Part shown: positions 59,632 to 64,000 of the stretch, one piece after another
Numbering within the stretch: the stretch's first letter is position 1
How the letters are laid out: each line of letters begins with the position of its first letter
Source: Sedimentisphaerales bacterium
GTDB taxonomy: Bacteria > Planctomycetota > Phycisphaerae > Sedimentisphaerales > SM23-30
Assembly (NCBI GenBank): GCA_963663805.2
Contig: CAXXMR010000008.1
Coordinates: forward strand, 96,001-160,000
Direction: 5' to 3'
DNA: 64,000 nt
Program-made: the position numbers and the translations under genes
The notes under the pieces: model-generated
What the model saw: the letters and a program-made list of their open reading frames with translations, nothing else
Told to the model about the DNA's origin: nothing
The model's database searches: none

Positions 59632-60726
59632 ATGATTACGAGATTTTTATTGTGTGTTTGTTTGGTGGCTATGATTTGTGTTCCGGCTCTGGGTACGTAT
59701 TACTGGACCGGTGATGGTGACGGTTTGCGTTATGATGACCCGGCTAACTGGGCTCCTAATGACAGCGACGGCTACACTTATCGCCGTATGGATGTGGATG
59801 ACTCAACCATTTTGATCGATGGCGGGACCCATGACTCCGAGGATGGTGTAGCCATAGCTTATTATGGTGCTAATGTTACCATGAATATTACCGGCGGGAC
59901 TATTAGCGGTGTCAGTACCCGTTTTGGCTATCGCCCCGGTGCCAGTGGTACTCTTAATATCAGCGGGTATGGTACTATGAATATTTCCAGTAATGTTCTC
60001 ATGTCCGATCGGGCAGACACGGAATTTAACTTGAATCTTTCGGAGAATGCTGTACTGACGGTCGGAACCAATTTTTATATTGCTGAAGACGGGCCAGGTA
60101 AAGGCAGTATCAGTCTTAGCGGCGATTCGCTGTTCAGTGTGGGAGGATATTTTGAGATTGACCGGGTGGGTGCTGCCGCGGGCAGTGAAGTTGCGATTTC
60201 ACTGGAGGGGAATTCGGTAATGAGCGTCAACCGCATTCGCAGCGGCTATGGTGCCGGAAGTACCGATAGTTTTGTTTTAAGCGGTAATGCTCGTTTGGAG
60301 ACGGTTGATTATTTCCGCATGGCCCGTGATGGCGGCGCTACAGAAATTACTGTCGCAGACGATGCGGTTCTTGATATTGGCAGTTATCTTTCGGTGGGCT
60401 ATAACAGCAGCGGTGATGCGAAGATTAATCTGGATAGCGGTTCGATTATGGTTGGTGAGTTAAAGATGACCTCCGGTGGTTTGATTGATATTGAACTGGG
60501 ACAATTGCTGATAGCCGGTGATTTGCGCGGTGATGCGACCTTACAGGGTTATATTGATGGTGGTCGTATTGTTGGTTATGGCGACACCCTGCCGGTAGGT
60601 TTTGCTGCTGAGCTGGTTAATGTTGAAGGTGTTGACTATACCGCTATTTCTGTTGTGCCTGAACCGATGTCGTTGCTTTTGGTTGTTGGTGGTATGCTTT
60701 ATCGTCGCCGGCAAACCCGGATTTAA
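59632..60726 (+). CDS. PEP-CTERM-anchored beta-helix-like secreted protein
   Basis: Signal peptide, WTGDGDG..Y.DPANW, G/S-rich repeats and C-terminal VPEPMSLLLVVGGMLYRRRQTRI. Confidence 0.9.
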   Translation: MITRFLLCVCLVAMICVPALGTYYWTGDGDGLRYDDPANWAPNDSDGYTYRRMDVDDSTILIDGGTHDSEDGVAIAYYGANVTMNITGGTISGVSTRFGYRPGASGTLNISGYGTMNISSNVLMSDRADTEFNLNLSENAVLTVGTNFYIAEDGPGKGSISLSGDSLFSVGGYFEIDRVGAAAGSEVAISLEGNSVMSVNRIRSGYGAGSTDSFVLSGNARLETVDYFRMARDGGATEITVADDAVLDIGSYLSVGYNSSGDAKINLDSGSIMVGELKMTSGGLIDIELGQLLIAGDLRGDATLQGYIDGGRIVGYGDTLPVGFAAELVNVEGVDYTAISVVPEPMSLLLVVGGMLYRRRQTRI

Positions 60727-60761
60727 TGTTGTGATGTTATAGAAGTAAATATTGTTAATTA

Positions 60762-60789
60762 CGCTCGGACGGTAATGTGCCGTCCGGGC
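60762..60789 (+). terminator. Intercistronic hairpin
   Basis: gctcggacgg-taatgtgc-cgtccgggc stem-loop followed by attt; weak U tract. Confidence 0.4.
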
Positions 60790-60839
60790 ATTTATCTCCT
60801 GTTTCAAGTCTAAATTATAAGCTGCTAAAGGAGTGAGTT

Positions 60840-63800
60840 ATGAGTAAAGTCACGAAAGTATTATGGTTGGTAATTTTAACGGTTTTTTGTTCTGGTACCT
60901 TCGGGGCTTACGACTGGACCGGGGCAAGCGGGGATGGTCTATGGACGACTGCCGCTAACTGGCAGGACGATGGAGCAACGACTAAACATCGGCGGATTTC
61001 AGATATTGAGTATTCGGTGGTTAATATTGGTCCTACTGATGATGTCAGCACCGAGGGCGGTTATCTGTATCTTGGCTATGGCGCTCGGCATAACATTCTG
61101 AATATTAGTGGTACTCTGCGTTCCGGTAATACCTCCGGTGCCGGTTATATTATGCTGGCTAATGAAAGATATTCTGGCGGTATTATCAACATGTCCGGCG
61201 ACGGCGAGATGATTGATTTTGTCAACTTTCGTCTTTGTACTAATTCCGACACATACGCCGAGCTTAACATGGAGGATAACTCCCGTATTGTAATCACGAA
61301 TTATTTTCGACAGTCTATGGATGGCGGCAGTTTGAATCGTTTTTTTCTTAATATGAAGGACGATTCTCATATTCAGGTGGGCGGGTATTTTCGCACGGCG
61401 TATTTGGAAGGCAGCGAGGCGATTGTTGTTATGGAGGATAACGCCTCAATCACAACCGGGACTTATTATATGGTGGGCTATGAAGGTTACGGCCAACTGC
61501 ATCTTGGTTCCGGCGCTACTATTAACGCTGGTGGTGATTTTATTGTTAATTCCAAAGACTATGGCAGGGGGTATGCTGTTATCGATGGCACTGTCAATGT
61601 CGGTGGTGTGCTGAATATGGCAGGCGGTATGCCGAGGATGAATGTCCGCGGTGGTACAGTTAATCTTGCCGGCGATGTTGAGTCTACGGTTCAGGGATAT
61701 ATCGCTGAAGGCAAGATAGCTGCTTATGGTTACTATTTTGGCGATGAAGGTTTTGGCAGCGATGTTGGTCTGGTTGTGAATTACTCTGACCCTAACACCG
61801 TTATTACTGCCTATACAAATCGTCCCTATGGCCAGTTTCCGGCTGATGGGGATTATAGCAGTGAGTCTGTAACTTTGAGCTGGGCGGATTTGGTAACGGC
61901 GAATTCTTATGATGTTTATCTGAGTACTAATCGTAATGACGTGCTCAATGGCGACTCGACGGCTTATCTGGGCAATACGCTGAGCAAGAGTTTTGGTTCG
62001 GTCGCGTTGACTTACAACGAAAAATATTATTGGCGTGTTGACCAGAATATCGGCAGCGGGACCAAGGTTGGCAAGGTCTGGAGTTTTGTCTGTGTGCCTG
62101 ACACCATGCTGGAATGGACCGGCGGGGCGGTCGGGACCGAGCTTTGGTCGGATGTTTCCAACTGGTCGGGCGGTATGGTTCCGGGTATCGGTTCTTATGT
62201 CTGGCTTGACGGTTATGATGTCACTGCTACCGTTGACGCGGACGCAACTTGCAGTTACCTTTGCGGTCCGGGATATTATACCGGTAAAGGCACATTGGAT
62301 GTGACAGCTGGTGTTTTGGATATTATTGGTGACGCTCGCAGTGCGTATAACCCTGATTCTCAGAGTACGGTCAATATCAGCGGTTCCGGTCAGATGAATA
62401 TTGGTGGTAATTACAAGGCCGCTTATGAAGGCGGGACGGATATGGCTATTAACATCTCCGGCAGCGGCAGTTTGAATATCGGCAGTTTTCTCAGGACTGC
62501 CTACTATGACGGTGCCCAATCGACCATTACCATGACTGATAATGCTACCATGCAGATTGGCAACTATCTCCGGGCTGCTTACGATTCCGTCGATGCTATT
62601 GGTAACAAGTTTACGCTTAATATGGATGACAATACCCAGCTTGATGTTGCGGGAGGTATTTATCTTGCTATGGACCCCAATACCGAAGCGGATGTGAATT
62701 TGTCCGGCAGTGCGATTTTCAATGTTGCCGGTGATGTTCAGCTAGCTTGGGCAAGCCATAACTGTGATATTGCGATTAATGATTCGGCCCAATTTAATGT
62801 TGCGGGTGATTTCCAGATGGCGGCTTCAAGCGGCAGTGCGACGATGACCATTAACGGTGGTTCTCTGGCGGTTGCCGGTACGATGTCGGTGCCGAATACG
62901 ATAAGTGCTGTTGGGGCTGATATTGATTTGCAGGCTGGTAGTATTATGACCGGCGAACTGTATATGGATAACGGTGATGGCTTGATTAACATTCATAGCG
63001 GGGCCGAGGTTCTTATTGAAGGTTACGCTGTTTCTCTGGCTCAGAGATATGTTGACGAAGGTCTGATTATTGGCGATGGTACTGCCGGTAGTGTTGTGGT
63101 TACTTACGATGGGAATTATACCCGTCTGGTGGCTAGTTCTTCTGTGCCGACCAATATCCCGACTAATCCTGTTCCCGCGACCGGTGATGCGACAAACTAT
63201 CGTGATATGACGCTTCAATGGACTCCCGCGGCAGGTGCTGTTTCGCAGATGGTATATTTCAGCGATAACTATGATGATGTTGCCAACTCCGCCCCGGCGG
63301 CTCTGGTTGCTACTCTGGGTGGTACTGAAACCAGTTACGGGACAATTGAAGTGCAGTTGTTTACTACTTATTACTGGCGGGTGAACTCTGTTATTTCATC
63401 CAGCACTGTAGATGGTAATGTCTGGGACTTTCTGGCGGGTTATCACTATATGCTTGAAGATTTCGAGAAGTATGTCGGTACCGGTTCTGGGGCTACTTCG
63501 GGCAGTCTGCGTTACGCATGGAAAGATGGCTATGCCTGGACGCCTGAGCAGAGTGGTTCCAATGTTGCCTTGATTAACAAGGACAGCGGCGTGGTGGATA
63601 TATTCACCGGCGAAGTACGTACCCTTGAGCAGTCGATGCTGTTATCTTATGACAATACCGGTGGACAGATTAGTTTTACCTATCCATCCGGCGGTGTGGT
63701 TCCTTATACTCCTCTGGCGACCTATTCCGAGATTGAGATTGATGTTTCAACTTTGGCCTTTGGTACTGATTGGGATATGAACGGCCTGGCTTTGCTGCGG

Positions 63801-64000
63801 ATGTATTTCTATGGTGCTGCCGCTAATGCTGAGGAACCGCTTTATGTTCTGGTTGAGGATGGTTCTGGTCATGTGGGCAATCCGGTGTATTACCCTGAGA
63901 CTGTGGCTCTGACCGAGGAAAGCTGGCATACCTGGAGTATCAGTTATGATGAACTGGCGACCAACGGCGTTGATATGAACAATGTTGCCATGCTTTATGT
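60840..64000 (+). CDS. Very large secreted multi-domain protein (beta-helix repeats plus Ig/FnIII-like YYWRVD modules), truncated by window
   Basis: Own translation: MSKVTKVLWLVILTVFCSGTFGAYDWTGASGDGLWTTAANW... with YDVYLS..YYWRVD..GKVWSF-type modules twice. It appears open to the window end and is absent from the ORF track. Confidence 0.85.
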   Translation, partial: MSKVTKVLWLVILTVFCSGTFGAYDWTGASGDGLWTTAANWQDDGATTKHRRISDIEYSVVNIGPTDDVSTEGGYLYLGYGARHNILNISGTLRSGNTSGAGYIMLANERYSGGIINMSGDGEMIDFVNFRLCTNSDTYAELNMEDNSRIVITNYFRQSMDGGSLNRFFLNMKDDSHIQVGGYFRTAYLEGSEAIVVMEDNASITTGTYYMVGYEGYGQLHLGSGATINAGGDFIVNSKDYGRGYAVIDGTVNVGGVLNMAGGMPRMNVRGGTVNLAGDVESTVQGYIAEGKIAAYGYYFGDEGFGSDVGLVVNYSDPNTVITAYTNRPYGQFPADGDYSSESVTLSWADLVTANSYDVYLSTNRNDVLNGDSTAYLGNTLSKSFGSVALTYNEKYYWRVDQNIGSGTKVGKVWSFVCVPDTMLEWTGGAVGTELWSDVSNWSGGMVPGIGSYVWLDGYDVTATVDADATCSYLCGPGYYTGKGTLDVTAGVLDIIGDARSAYNPDSQSTVNISGSGQMNIGGNYKAAYEGGTDMAINISGSGSLNIGSFLRTAYYDGAQSTITMTDNATMQIGNYLRAAYDSVDAIGNKFTLNMDDNTQLDVAGGIYLAMDPNTEADVNLSGSAIFNVAGDVQLAWASHNCDIAINDSAQFNVAGDFQMAASSGSATMTINGGSLAVAGTMSVPNTISAVGADIDLQAGSIMTGELYMDNGDGLINIHSGAEVLIEGYAVSLAQRYVDEGLIIGDGTAGSVVVTYDGNYTRLVASSSVPTNIPTNPVPATGDATNYRDMTLQWTPAAGAVSQMVYFSDNYDDVANSAPAALVATLGGTETSYGTIEVQLFTTYYWRVNSVISSSTVDGNVWDFLAGYHYMLEDFEKYVGTGSGATSGSLRYAWKDGYAWTPEQSGSNVALINKDSGVVDIFTGEVRTLEQSMLLSYDNTGGQISFTYPSGGVVPYTPLATYSEIEIDVSTLAFGTDWDMNGLALLRMYFYGAAANAEEPLYVLVEDGSGHVGNPVYYPETVALTEESWHTWSISYDELATNGVDMNNVAMLY

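Noticed and set aside
61446..62519. 357-aa minus-strand ORF
   Set aside because: Shadow of the large + strand secreted protein starting at 60840.

Overview
Chromosomal window from what looks like an anaerobic Planctomycetota bacterium (Phycisphaerae/Sedimentisphaerales-like). This assignment is inferred from the PEP-CTERM proteins, a planctomycete-type prepilin-cleavage (DUF1559-like) protein, a TAT sulfatase, homodimeric GlyRS, hcp and hypEF. Gene content left to right: a large secreted protein (truncated by the window edge); a dual-Cache chemoreceptor; three paralogous secreted repeat proteins, the first split by an ISL3 element with 8-bp target duplications; an SLC12-like transporter; a TonB receptor/YfiR/hybrid kinase operon; hypF-hypE; metY-metX-metW-cysE; an acyltransferase; gpsA; a REC-GGDEF-HD-GYP protein; an alpha-2-macroglobulin; glyQS-sulfatase-asnS; MoxR-DUF58-transglutaminase; an Rrf2-hcp-ferredoxin-reductase operon; a tandem-duplicated periplasmic sensor plus chemoreceptor; and a LacI-controlled putative carbohydrate-utilisation locus. 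The least explained signal is non-coding. A modular dispersed repeat family (GAA-triloop hairpin, GCCGTT junction, 7- or 9-10-mer tandem array, plus a 77-bp cassette) supplies the stop codons of several genes. Its orientation flips where a strong, gene-direction-independent G/T versus C/A strand skew flips (about 27-28 kb), next to a phased T-tract intergenic region. Three +1 homopolymer frameshifts are probably sequencing errors. One in-frame TGA interrupts the prepilin-type gene. No rRNA, tRNA or CRISPR array was seen.
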